From positions 1 through 64,000 of the forward strand of contig JBGTLG010000006.1 of the NCBI GenBank assembly GCA_041744215.1: a DNA stretch of 64,000 bases, written 5' to 3'. Positions within the stretch are counted from its first letter, which is position 1. Each line of letters starts with the position of its first letter. Made by a program: the position numbers and the translations under genes. Origin of the DNA: Fimbriimonadales bacterium (GTDB lineage: Bacteria; Armatimonadota; Fimbriimonadia; Fimbriimonadales; ATM1). This document shows, piece after piece, positions 19,377-28,950 of the stretch. The notes beneath the pieces were generated by a model, which was not told the DNA's origin, did not search any database, and worked only from the letters and a program-made list of their open reading frames with translations.

Positions 19377-20063
19377 ATGGCTCAGCGCGTTGTCTCTTCT
19401 GCCCCGATTACCTTGAAAGACGTGAAGTCCGATGTTCGCGTGAAAACGTACATCAGCGGCGCGAACGATCTTTTGAATGCGATGGGCTATACGGAGCACG
19501 GTCATCGACACGCCGGCATTGTTTCGACGGTGACGAAGTATGTTTTGAGCCACATCGGCGCGAGCGAGCGCGAGCAAGAGCTGGGCTCGATCGCGGCTTA
19601 TATGCACGACATCGGCAATGTTGTGAATCGACTGAATCATCCGATGATCGGCGCCGTGATCTCACAGGACATTCTTTGGTCGATGGGTATGCCTGCGGAG
19701 GAGATCGCTCCGATCATGGGCGCGATCGGCAATCACGAGGAGCTTGCCGGGCAGCCGATCAGCCACATGTCTGCCGCGCTGATCATAGCGGACAAGGGTG
19801 ACGTGCATTTCAGTCGCGTTCAGAATCCGGTGCTCGAGTCTTTCGACATTCATGACCGCGTGAACTACGCTGTGCAGAAGAGTCGGATTGAGATGGACAA
19901 TGACAAGCGCGAGATTGCGCTAACTTTGGAGATCGACACGCGGGTGGCGACTGTAATGGAATACTTCGAGATCTTTCTGACGCGAATGATTATGTGTCGA
20001 AACTCTGCGGAGACGTTGGGCTATCGGTTTGTGCTTTCGGTTAATGGAACGCACCTGGAGTAG
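19377..20063 (+). CDS. HD-domain phosphohydrolase
   Basis: GYTEHGHRH, YMHDIGN, AIGNHEE, LIIADK, DIHDRVNYA. Confidence 0.88.
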   Translation: MAQRVVSSAPITLKDVKSDVRVKTYISGANDLLNAMGYTEHGHRHAGIVSTVTKYVLSHIGASEREQELGSIAAYMHDIGNVVNRLNHPMIGAVISQDILWSMGMPAEEIAPIMGAIGNHEELAGQPISHMSAALIIADKGDVHFSRVQNPVLESFDIHDRVNYAVQKSRIEMDNDKREIALTLEIDTRVATVMEYFEIFLTRMIMCRNSAETLGYRFVLSVNGTHLE

Positions 20064-20064
20064 C

Positions 20065-20901
20065 TCATTTCGCCAGCGATCTTTCGCGGAAGAAGTATGC
20101 TACCGCGCCAATTGCTGCGATTAGAAATGCGCACACGATCGCGAGCGCGATGCCGAATCCGAGCCGCAAAGCGAGATAGGGCACGATCGCGAACACAGTC
20201 GCCGCGATGATCCACGTTACAACAAGCTTGCCCACCAGTTTGGATTTCACCGTTCGTTTTCGCGCAAGGTCCAGGAGATAGGGCGCGCCGCATCGAACGC
20301 ACGCGATCGCGTCGAGTGGGTTGCGCGCCTTGCACCGCACGCACTCGGCGGGATGAAAGTCTTTCGCTTTGTCGGCTTCTCGTTTCCAACTTTCGAGTTT
20401 TCTTATCTCGGCATGAAACAGGTCTTTGACCGATCTGTTCAAGATTTCGTCGCGCACGTCGGGCAGCGCACCCGCGGCGACTTCGGCGATCGTGATGGCT
20501 TGGCCCCGCAGGCCGTATAGCCACAGCAGGCGGGCAATCTCAAATCTTGCGGCGGCGTTGCCAGGATTCAGCGCGAACGCCTCGTGCGCCCGCGCAAGAT
20601 CATCCTCATCGACCTCAAGAAACTGAAGCCGCGCATACTGTGAGTAGGCGAATGGGAACACCGCGAGCGTCGCGAGGACCGACACGAAGATGGCGACCCT
20701 TACTTCTGCGACTGGGACCCAGATGGCGATCGCCATGAGGCAAAGCGCGAGCAAGATCGCGGCGGCGCCATGGGCGATTTCGATCAGTCCATCGATGAGC
20801 CAGTGGACGACGGCGATGACCCAAACAATCATCGGGAGCGCGATTCCGAGTGCAATCAGGAATCTTTCTGTCATTTCTGCGCTAAGACTGGCCATCTTCA
20901 C
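20065..20901 (-). CDS. Membrane protein with TPR-like segment and CxxC zinc ribbon
   Basis: Three N-terminal and two C-terminal TM helices, NPGNAAARFEIARLL, CVRC...CVRC. Confidence 0.7.
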   Translation of the reverse strand: MKMASLSAEMTERFLIALGIALPMIVWVIAVVHWLIDGLIEIAHGAAAILLALCLMAIAIWVPVAEVRVAIFVSVLATLAVFPFAYSQYARLQFLEVDEDDLARAHEAFALNPGNAAARFEIARLLWLYGLRGQAITIAEVAAGALPDVRDEILNRSVKDLFHAEIRKLESWKREADKAKDFHPAECVRCKARNPLDAIACVRCGAPYLLDLARKRTVKSKLVGKLVVTWIIAATVFAIVPYLALRLGFGIALAIVCAFLIAAIGAVAYFFRERSLAK

Positions 20902-20963
20902 ACTTCTCAGTCGTCTATAGAGACGTTGCCCATGCGAGGTTCCGTTGGGCGAACTTCTACCTG

Positions 20964-22568
20964 ATGCTGACCGTTCGCCTACTTTTCAGTCTTTCACTGC
21001 TCGTCGCATGCCTCTCTTCGCATGCGGCGAGGATCATCGTCGTTCCCATTGACTCTCGCCCGGTGACGGGTCAGTTTCCGCAGATGATCGGGCGCATCGC
21101 GGGCATTGAGGTGTCGCTGCCCCCGGACTCGATGTTGGGCAACTACACGCGTCCCGGCTTGCCGGACTCGATTGCGAGTTGGCTCTTATCGCAAGACTAT
21201 TCCGACGTTATTGCCGTTGTGATTGCGACCGACATGATCGCATATGGCGGCTTGATCGAATCTCGCATTCCGACGGTGAGTGCGGATGTGGCGCTGCGCC
21301 GGCTTGAGGTGATCAAGACTCTTCGCAATCGCAATCCAGGACTGAGCGTTTATGCGTACTGCGCATTGATGAGAACGGCTCCGACTGCGACTCCTGAGAC
21401 AAGGTCCTGGCGTATGCAAATGGCGCGATATGCTGAGCTCGAAGAGAAGTTGGAGCGGACGCGCGAGTCGCACATTCCCGATCATTTGCGGTCGCTAAAG
21501 GGGCAGATCCCGGATCGCGAGTTTAGGCGTTACTACGAATCTCGCAAGCGTAACATGGATGTTTACAAGGCGTTGATTCAGATGGTCAAAGATAAGGCGA
21601 TCAGTTACTTGGTGATCGGCGCAGACGATTCGCAGGAGTTCGGTCCGCACTACCGAGAAACTAAAGAGCTTAGAAAGTACGTGCGCGAGCGTGAAATCGA
21701 TGGGCTCGTTTATATCTGTGACGGTGTCGATCAGCACGCGATGATATTGCTCAGCCGGGCGGCTCTTCGTCACTACAATTATATGCCTCGAATTCACTTC
21801 ATTCTGTCGGATGAAGAAGCTGGCGAGCGTCCGGCGAACTACGAGTCGCTGCCTTTGCGCGTGAGCGTCCGAGATCAGATTATTGCCAGTGGCGCGAGGC
21901 CAACCGACAACCCTACCACTGCGGAGTATGTGCTTTACCTGAACACGCGCGGCGTGGACGATTTCAAATTCGGCATGTTTCGCGAGTTGTTGACCCAGTC
22001 TCTGGATTCAGGTAAGCCCACCGCAATAGCCGACATAAACTTCGATCGTTCTGGAGTTGGCGACTCCAGGCTGATCGACGCGATTTGGCAACAGAAGAAC
22101 ATTGAGGAGATGCTGGCATTCGCTGCGTGGAACACAGCAGGGAACACGATTGGTACCGCCATTCCGCACGCCAATCTGTACCTGCTTGCGAAACAAACCA
22201 ATCGAAATGCGTTCGACCGAGAGTTGAGGCAGCGAGAGTTTCTTTTTCATCGGCTCGTGAACGATTACGCATACTGCCGCGTGATTCGGCCAGCGGCCAA
22301 TGCGATGGCAGAGTCGCACCCACAAGGCAGCCGAGAAGAGTCCACAGGCGAAGCGCTGACAATGATCCAAGACTGGGTTTCGACTAATACAGTAAAGGTG
22401 ATCGACAGGTACTTCACAAACTACTATATGGGCCATACGTTTCGGGCCGGAGATGTTGAATACGAGTTGACTGCGATTCGCAACATCAGAGCGTGGCTGC
22501 CTTGGCCGCGCGCCTTTGAGGCGAGAATCGAGTTTGAACTAATCGCCGAGCCTATAACTCGGGATTAG
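20964..22568 (+). CDS. DUF4127 family protein
   Basis: VPIDSRP, DMIAYGGLIESR, GADDS, AAWNTAGNTIGTA, WLPWPRAFE; signal peptide. Confidence 0.8.
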   Translation: MLTVRLLFSLSLLVACLSSHAARIIVVPIDSRPVTGQFPQMIGRIAGIEVSLPPDSMLGNYTRPGLPDSIASWLLSQDYSDVIAVVIATDMIAYGGLIESRIPTVSADVALRRLEVIKTLRNRNPGLSVYAYCALMRTAPTATPETRSWRMQMARYAELEEKLERTRESHIPDHLRSLKGQIPDREFRRYYESRKRNMDVYKALIQMVKDKAISYLVIGADDSQEFGPHYRETKELRKYVREREIDGLVYICDGVDQHAMILLSRAALRHYNYMPRIHFILSDEEAGERPANYESLPLRVSVRDQIIASGARPTDNPTTAEYVLYLNTRGVDDFKFGMFRELLTQSLDSGKPTAIADINFDRSGVGDSRLIDAIWQQKNIEEMLAFAAWNTAGNTIGTAIPHANLYLLAKQTNRNAFDRELRQREFLFHRLVNDYAYCRVIRPAANAMAESHPQGSREESTGEALTMIQDWVSTNTVKVIDRYFTNYYMGHTFRAGDVEYELTAIRNIRAWLPWPRAFEARIEFELIAEPITRD

Positions 22569-23466
22569 ATCCGGTGATCCGACGATAAATGTCGACGTAT
22601 CGCTCTCGCGATTCGAGCACCACGTCTTCGGGAAGCGTAGGCCCAGGCGATGTCTTATCCCAGTCAAGTGTCTCTAAGTAGTTGCGAATAAACTGCTTGT
22701 CAAGGCTTTCCTGATGCTCTCCGAGCCTATAAGTGTCCATCGGCCAAAATCGCGAGCTGTCGGGTGTTAGAACTTCGTCGATAAGCAGAAGTTGGCCGTC
22801 CTTAAGTCCGAATTCGAACTTTGTATCCGCAAGAATGATGCCGGATCGTTCACAAATGCTTGTTGCTCGCTCAAAGATATTGATCGTCGTATCCTTGAGT
22901 AAGTGTGCGCACTGCTCTCCCACGATTTCCTTTGCGGAATCGAAGTCAATGTTCTCGTCGTGCCCCGACTGCGCTTTGGTTGCGGGCGTGAAGATCGTTG
23001 ATTCCAAGCGTTGGCTTAGTCTAAGCCCTGGTGGAAGCACGATGCCGTGTACGTCGACTTCGGAATGCTGGCCTCCGAGCGAAAGATACTCATTGTAAAG
23101 CGATCCCGCGATGTATCGACGGGCAACACACTCGAGCAGCAACGGTTCGCACTTCTCGACGATCATGCATCTTCCTGAGAGCTGAATGGGATCGTAACTG
23201 TCCCCGAGTGCGCGCGCGACGTCTTCGTCGTCAGTTGTGACTAAGTGGTTGGGGGAGATGTCCTGCAGGGCGTCAAACCAGAATCTGCTCAGTTGATTGA
23301 GAATCTTTCCCTTGTCGGGAATGCCGTTTGGCAAGACGACATCGAAAGCGCTTATCCGATCTGTTGCGACCATTAGGTAGTGGTCGCCAAGGTCGAAGAT
23401 TTCGCGTACTTTGCCAGATCGAACAGGTGACAGCCCGTGCAGGTCGATGGAAGTGACAGCTTTCAT
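22552..23466 (-). CDS. purC: SAICAR synthetase
   Basis: GKVREIF, TDRISAFD, FTPATKA, ADTKFEFG, DEVLTPDSSRFW, DKQFIRNY. Confidence 0.97.
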   Translation of the reverse strand: MKAVTSIDLHGLSPVRSGKVREIFDLGDHYLMVATDRISAFDVVLPNGIPDKGKILNQLSRFWFDALQDISPNHLVTTDDEDVARALGDSYDPIQLSGRCMIVEKCEPLLLECVARRYIAGSLYNEYLSLGGQHSEVDVHGIVLPPGLRLSQRLESTIFTPATKAQSGHDENIDFDSAKEIVGEQCAHLLKDTTINIFERATSICERSGIILADTKFEFGLKDGQLLLIDEVLTPDSSRFWPMDTYRLGEHQESLDKQFIRNYLETLDWDKTSPGPTLPEDVVLESRERYVDIYRRITGSNPEL

Positions 23467-23930
23467 GATAGGAGTTCACGCGCCTTATCGGCCCACTCAC
23501 TTTGCTTTGCTTTCGCTGCGTATCGAAGGCAGTGCTCGGCAAAGTTCTCCTCTCCGAGTTGCTTCGCGGCGTGACCGAGCAAGTAGTTTGCCTCGCCGGT
23601 TCGGTCGAACATTCTGCTGCCAGCGTACGCAAACGGTTCCAATGCTGCGACGACTCCGGCATTGTTCCCACTCGATGCGTGTTCGCGACCAATTTCGAGT
23701 CGAACATGCGCGCCTTCTTTTAGGAAGAGTTGGAAGATCATTAGAATCACGAGGACGATCGCAAGATCGATCATCCACCTTCCTGCCGGAGGAAAGAAGC
23801 CGCGTGCGAAGAGCGACGCAATAATGCCGACGGGAATGAGGCAACCGAGGACAAAGCATCCTTTGCCCATTTTCATTCGCACTCGGTGCGCATCTTCCGG
23901 AGCGAGCCGGTACGCTTTAGACAGTTTCAT
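23463..23930 (-). CDS. Hypothetical membrane protein with TPR-like C-terminus
   Basis: ATG 23930 overlaps the permease stop and its stop overlaps the purC start (ATGA couplings); two TM helices. Confidence 0.7.
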   Translation of the reverse strand: MKLSKAYRLAPEDAHRVRMKMGKGCFVLGCLIPVGIIASLFARGFFPPAGRWMIDLAIVLVILMIFQLFLKEGAHVRLEIGREHASSGNNAGVVAALEPFAYAGSRMFDRTGEANYLLGHAAKQLGEENFAEHCLRYAAKAKQSEWADKARELLS

Positions 23931-24922
23931 TGCTTTCGTCTCATGGCAAGAATCAGGAACGGCGCTCCGATGATCGCCGTTACAATTCCGACATTGATCT
24001 CGCGCCCGTAAAGTGCGCGCTGCGCGATGAGGTCCGCCGTGATGACGGCTGCAGCGCCAAGCAACGCGCAGGCAGGCATCAATGCTCGCAAATCCGGACC
24101 GATGTAGCGACGTGCGATGTGGGGCACAAACAATCCGACGAAACCGATGATGCCGACGCAAGCGACTGCCGTCGCTGCAAGCGCGGAGCCAGCAAGAAGG
24201 ACGATCCATTTTAGCCGTTCTGTTTCAACACCGAGCCTCGAGGAGGACTCCTCCCCAACGCTGAATACTGTCAAGGGTCGCGAGATGCTGAACAGCGCTC
24301 CGCCAAAAACTGCGGTGGATGCTGCAAGAACCGCCACGCGGCTCCAATCGGAGCCAACAAAACTGCCGAGAAGCCAGAACAGCACTTTGCCGGAATCCTG
24401 ACCAGATGACACGAGAATGAACGTGATCAGCGCCCAGAGAAAAGATCCGACGCCGACGCCTGCCATAAGCAGCGTCGCGAGCGACAGCGCGCCGCCAACA
24501 CGAGCCAGCATCACGACGGCAGCGAGCCCAGCGACCGCAGTCGCAAATGCGAGAGCAACAGATCCAATCCCCCAGGAGATTCCGAGCGTGATGGCGAGAA
24601 CGCCACCGACGGCTGCCCCGCTGCTGACGCCAACGATGTAAGGGTCGGCCAGAGGGTTTCGGAAAAGTGACTGGAAGCAGGCCCCCGTCATCGCGAGGCT
24701 CGCACCAACCAAGGCTGCGGCGGCGGCGCGTGGCAGCCTGAATTCCCACAGAATCAGCTCTGCTTGGGAGCTGGGATTGTCGCTCCTGCCTGCGAGCAGG
24801 TGCGCAAAGATCTCGGAGGGCGAGTATATAAACACGCTGCCGAGCATGAGGTGAAGAAGCAGCGCAGTGAGCGCCACAAGCGATAGCCCGACAAAGACAA
24901 CTGCTTGGCTCCGTCGCTGCAC
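23927..24922 (-). CDS. FecCD/BtuC family iron-siderophore/cobalamin ABC permease
   Basis: RLPRA, FRNPLADPYIVGVSSGA, WLLGS, IGFVGLFVPH, VGIVTAIIGAPF. Confidence 0.94.
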   Translation of the reverse strand: MQRRSQAVVFVGLSLVALTALLLHLMLGSVFIYSPSEIFAHLLAGRSDNPSSQAELILWEFRLPRAAAAALVGASLAMTGACFQSLFRNPLADPYIVGVSSGAAVGGVLAITLGISWGIGSVALAFATAVAGLAAVVMLARVGGALSLATLLMAGVGVGSFLWALITFILVSSGQDSGKVLFWLLGSFVGSDWSRVAVLAASTAVFGGALFSISRPLTVFSVGEESSSRLGVETERLKWIVLLAGSALAATAVACVGIIGFVGLFVPHIARRYIGPDLRALMPACALLGAAAVITADLIAQRALYGREINVGIVTAIIGAPFLILAMRRKQ

Positions 24923-24956
24923 GCCCCATTATGGTCTGTCGCGTATAATCCCACCA

Positions 24957-26132
24957 ATGTTGGCCAAGAGGCTCGACTGCGTCGCGCCTTCCCCGACGCT
25001 GGCTATCACCGGCAAAGTACGCGAGTTACGCGCAGCAGGGCTCGACGTTGTCAGCTTTGGCGCGGGCGAGCCCGACTTCGACACTCCAGAGATCATTCGC
25101 GAAGCGGCGATCAAGGCGATATGTGACGGCCACACGAGGTACACGGCAGGAGCAGGTATGCCAATCCTGCGTTCGGCGGTCGCTGAGAAGTTCGCGCGTG
25201 AGAATGGACTCACAGTCTCAGCGGATCAGATTGTAGTGTCCGCGGGGGCGAAGCAAAGCGTGTACAACTCGCTCATGGCGATTTGTGATCCAGGCGATGA
25301 GGTGATCATCATTGCGCCTTACTGGATGACCTACCGGGATCAGATCATGCTGGCTGGCGCTACGCCAGTTGTCGTAGATGCTCGCAAACAGCCAGGGTTC
25401 GTCCCAAGTTTGGATGCGATTCGCGAGGCAATAACGACTCGTACCAAAGCGATTATCATCAACAGCCCGAGCAATCCGACCGGAGCGGTTTACCCGCGTG
25501 AGACGGTGGAGGGAATTGCAGCGTTAGCGTGCGATTCGAATCTGTTTATTATCAGCGATGAGATTTACGAGAAGCACCTTTATGACGGTGCTGAGCACGT
25601 CAGCATCGCGTCCGTGTCGTCCGAGGTCTCCGGCAGGACCATCACGGTCGCGGGGGTTAGCAAGGCATACGCGATGACCGGATGGCGGATTGGCTACACA
25701 GCTTCCAGCCGCGAGCTTGCTGTGGCAATGTCCACGATTCAAGACCAGGTGACGAGCAACGCGTCGAGCATTTCGCAAATGGCGGCGCTGGCGGCGCTGA
25801 CCTTAGCGGATGGCGAGGTACGGAGGATGGTGCAGGAGTTCGATTCCCGGCGCAAGGTCGCCGTCGAAGGGGCGGCGCAACTCATTGGCAAATCTGTTCC
25901 AGCGCCTCGCGGGGCCTTCTACCTGTTCGCCGACTTCGGGGAGGTCATCGGTGGGCGCGTCCGAGATGACGTGGAGTTGGCAACGTACTTGCTTGAAGAG
26001 CACCATGTGGCGACTGTGCCCGGGTCCGTGTTTGGCGGACCGGGGCACCTTCGTCTCACCTATGCTCTTAGCCGGGCGGAGATTGAAGAAGGTCTCCGCC
26101 GCATAGGGGAGGGTGTCAGATCCCTAATGTAG
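24957..26132 (+). CDS. Class I/II PLP aminotransferase (aspartate aminotransferase type)
   Basis: GEPDFDTP, GAKQS, NSPSNPTG, SDEIY, SKAYAMTGWRIGY; start MLAKRL 7 nt after TATAAT. Confidence 0.93.
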   Translation: MLAKRLDCVAPSPTLAITGKVRELRAAGLDVVSFGAGEPDFDTPEIIREAAIKAICDGHTRYTAGAGMPILRSAVAEKFARENGLTVSADQIVVSAGAKQSVYNSLMAICDPGDEVIIIAPYWMTYRDQIMLAGATPVVVDARKQPGFVPSLDAIREAITTRTKAIIINSPSNPTGAVYPRETVEGIAALACDSNLFIISDEIYEKHLYDGAEHVSIASVSSEVSGRTITVAGVSKAYAMTGWRIGYTASSRELAVAMSTIQDQVTSNASSISQMAALAALTLADGEVRRMVQEFDSRRKVAVEGAAQLIGKSVPAPRGAFYLFADFGEVIGGRVRDDVELATYLLEEHHVATVPGSVFGGPGHLRLTYALSRAEIEEGLRRIGEGVRSLM

Positions 26133-26176
26133 ACAGTCGACCCAACGTTCCGATACGAGACGAAGGCCTTCTAAGG

Positions 26177-26830
26177 TTGGCCCTTCGGCACCGGTCGGGG
26201 ACTGAGAATCCCGTGACGGACTCTTACGAGCGGCTCGAGTTTTTTGGAGACTCAGTGCTGGGGATGATTATCGCCCAGCACCTTTACGAACACTTTCCCC
26301 ACTGGGACCAGGGGATGCTGAGTAAAGCCAAGGCAACGATCGTTCAAGAGGGCCCATTGGCGGAGGCGGCGGGTCGTCTGGGCCTTGAGAATCATATTGA
26401 GGTTTCTGGCGCGGAGAGGGTGGCGGGTGGACATGCCCGACCCTCGGTACTTGCCGACGTGTTCGAGGCGGTGATTGGCGCGCTCTACCTGGAGCAAGGG
26501 ATGGCGATCACCCGGTGGTTTGTGCTCGAGCACCTCCACCCGAATCTGGAGGGGGTCGCAAGGGGCGAGGTTGGCACGCACGACTACAAGTCGCGCCTTC
26601 AAGAAGTCGCGCAGGCTAGGTGGCGCAGCACTCCTGCGTACCGAGTCGTGACCGAGCGGGGCGATGCGCATGAGAAAGCATTCCAGATGGAAGTGCTCCT
26701 AGATGATGAGGTGATGGGGGTCGGCTGGGGGAGAAACAAAAAGGAAGCTGAACAGTCTGCAGCGAAGGAAGCCCTTGAGTTGATTCAGAGGGTCGAAGCG
26801 CTTCGGGCGGTACGAGAACACGAGGATTGA
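26177..26830 (+). CDS. rnc: Ribonuclease III
   Basis: ERLEFFGDSVL signature, ADVFEAVIGALYL, dsRBD (DYKSRLQE, GRNKKEAEQSAA). The real start is probably upstream of 26177 (see findings). Confidence 0.95.
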   Translation: MALRHRSGTENPVTDSYERLEFFGDSVLGMIIAQHLYEHFPHWDQGMLSKAKATIVQEGPLAEAAGRLGLENHIEVSGAERVAGGHARPSVLADVFEAVIGALYLEQGMAITRWFVLEHLHPNLEGVARGEVGTHDYKSRLQEVAQARWRSTPAYRVVTERGDAHEKAFQMEVLLDDEVMGVGWGRNKKEAEQSAAKEALELIQRVEALRAVREHED

Positions 26831-26838
26831 GCGGCTTT

Positions 26839-26853
26839 TGGCACGAAACTTGA
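26839..26853 (+). promoter_or_regulatory. Possible sigma54 -24/-12 promoter
   Basis: TGGCAC-GAAAC-TTGA versus consensus TGGCAC-N5-TTGC, upstream of a PEP-CTERM gene. Confidence 0.35.
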
Positions 26854-26941
26854 GTAATCCTGGCAATTGGGACGATGACGCGGGGGAACTATCCGCCGTT
26901 GGCACTCGGTCTATAATAAGGAACATTGGAGTTGTTTTGAG

Positions 26942-27667
26942 ATGAAACGAGGAATAATCTGCGCCTTTGTGTCGCTGGCGGTCACCGCGTGTTTAGCGCA
27001 GGACGCTGGCCCACACCCCTTTATCCCTAAGCCAGCCCGAACTCCGGATGCGCTTGCAAAACAGATTCAGGCGAACCCTGTCTACATGGATCGGTTCGTC
27101 AGGCACTTTCAGATGGCACCGGGCGAGGTTTCTCAGATGGTTCGAAGCCTGCGGCTCATCAAATTGGAGCGAGACACTGAGGTCGAGATTTTCAATGTTC
27201 CCTCCCAGACGGGTGTGATCCGATCCAAGAAGCTGCTCCTCAAGCGGGGTACTGAGGTCTGGGCTGACAGCTCGGGCACTCCAGTACTGAAGGCGAGTTG
27301 CGCCAACCCACTGACCCGCACGGACGAAGCCCAAGAGCCAATGGTACGCCCGCAACTGTCGCAGCCAGTTGGGAGCAAGGAGCTTGAGCTTCCGAAAGGC
27401 GGCATCGTGGAGCCGGTAATGGCGATCCATCCGATTGAGCCGATGGAGCCGATTGCCCCGAACGTCGAGTTTGAAATCCCCCCGACAATCACCGAAGTCA
27501 CTACCACAGGTCGAGACGGAGCACCGTTTGCGGGCGCACTTCTCTTTCTGCCGACAGCGCTGATCGGCTTCGGCGGAGGCGGGACTCCGATCCCGGAACC
27601 AGCGACCATCGCGGCGCTCTCGGCGGGCCTCGGGTTGCTCGCCTTGCGACGCCGAAAGCGAAAGTAA
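26942..27667 (+). CDS. PEP-CTERM sorting domain protein
   Basis: Signal peptide; C-terminal IPEPATIAALSAGLGLLALRRRKRK; internal GTPVLKASCANPL motif. Confidence 0.9.
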   Translation: MKRGIICAFVSLAVTACLAQDAGPHPFIPKPARTPDALAKQIQANPVYMDRFVRHFQMAPGEVSQMVRSLRLIKLERDTEVEIFNVPSQTGVIRSKKLLLKRGTEVWADSSGTPVLKASCANPLTRTDEAQEPMVRPQLSQPVGSKELELPKGGIVEPVMAIHPIEPMEPIAPNVEFEIPPTITEVTTTGRDGAPFAGALLFLPTALIGFGGGGTPIPEPATIAALSAGLGLLALRRRKRK

Positions 27668-27687
27668 CTCGCGGTAGGCCGGTTTTT

Positions 27688-27727
27688 ACAAGAGACCCTG
27701 CGTTGGCAGAGTCTCTTGTTTGTTTTT
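27688..27727 (+). terminator. Rho-independent terminator, probably bidirectional
   Basis: ACAAGAGAC-C-CTGC/GCAG-A-GTCTCTTGT stem followed by TTGTTTTT, between convergent genes. Confidence 0.8.
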
Positions 27728-27739
27728 GTGCCCTCCGAC

Positions 27740-28840
27740 CTACCCTATCACGGGAAGGTCCGCCGGGGGCTCTGAGTTGAGCGATTCGTGACCGGACTCT
27801 GTAACGGTCACGATGTTTTCAATCCTAACCCCGAATCGGCCAGGAAGATAGATACCGGGTTCCACGCTGAAGCACTGTCCGACTTCAAGTGGCGACTGGC
27901 TGCCGCTGACGATGTGAGGAGGCTCATGCCCCATCATCCCGATTCCGTGACCGGTCCGGTGGACAAAGAACTCTCCGTAGCCTGCTTCTTCAATCACTCG
28001 CCGCGCCGCGGCATCAATATCCTCACACGGGACTCCCGGACGGATTGCGGCTCGAGCGGCCATGTGGGCGTCGTAAACGACTTTGTACACAGCTTTTGCC
28101 TCAGGGTCAGGCTCGCCGACCGCCACAGTACGGGTGATGTCGCTTAAGTAGCGGTCTACCTGGCAACCCCAATCGATGACGATCACGTCCCCGCTCGCGA
28201 TCTGTGTCGAGTCCGAGTCGTGGTGTGGCTCAGCCCCGTTCCTGCCAGCTGCAGCGATCGCAAAAGTTGGGGGTCCGCCGCGCTTCATCATTCCCTCGAA
28301 CAGAATGCCGACTGCCTGCCTCTCTGTCAATCCTGGCTTCAACGCGGATCGAAGGTCCTCAAACGCCGCTTCGGCGATCTCAGCGGCCTTCCGCATGCTC
28401 GCAAGTTCGTCAGCGTCTTTGCTCTTTCGCAGCTGAGCCATCACTTCACCCCCGCAGCGGAACAGGGCAGCAGGCAGCACCGTTTGCATCGGCAATAGAA
28501 ATCCAGCCGGCATCTCGTCATCAACAGCGATTACTGCGGCATCCAGGTGCCACTCTTTCGCAAGCGATTGAAAAAGGCCTGCAGGGTTCTCGCCGTCTTT
28601 CCAAGTTCGAATGTCCGCAATTCCTGTGTGAGAAGCGTGCGTGGCCGTGAGCGCGGGAACGATCATTGCAGGTTCACCTGTGGGCCTAACGAGCATGATC
28701 AGCATGCGCTCTCCGCCTGATTCGAAGAATGAGGCGAGATAGCCCATCGAAATCGGAGTGCAGCAGATATAGCAATCGAGTCCATTCTGGGAGAGGAGCG
28801 TCCTAAACCTGTCCAAACGCTCTCGGCTGAGTTTCGCCAT
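27740..28840 (-). CDS. Xaa-Pro peptidase (M24 family)
   Basis: EPHH, IDWG, SDITRT, HRTGHGIG, EPGIY, GVRIE; creatinase-type N-domain. Confidence 0.93.
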   Translation of the reverse strand: MAKLSRERLDRFRTLLSQNGLDCYICCTPISMGYLASFFESGGERMLIMLVRPTGEPAMIVPALTATHASHTGIADIRTWKDGENPAGLFQSLAKEWHLDAAVIAVDDEMPAGFLLPMQTVLPAALFRCGGEVMAQLRKSKDADELASMRKAAEIAEAAFEDLRSALKPGLTERQAVGILFEGMMKRGGPPTFAIAAAGRNGAEPHHDSDSTQIASGDVIVIDWGCQVDRYLSDITRTVAVGEPDPEAKAVYKVVYDAHMAARAAIRPGVPCEDIDAAARRVIEEAGYGEFFVHRTGHGIGMMGHEPPHIVSGSQSPLEVGQCFSVEPGIYLPGRFGVRIENIVTVTESGHESLNSEPPADLPVIG

Positions 28841-28950
28841 TGCGTGGCATTATACGGCTTAGGCCGGACGTCCCGGTGCAACCCTCGGCGCTGCGAGAAC
28901 GTGCCATATTGCCTCATTCACCAGAATTCCAATCGGAGGAACTATCGCGC

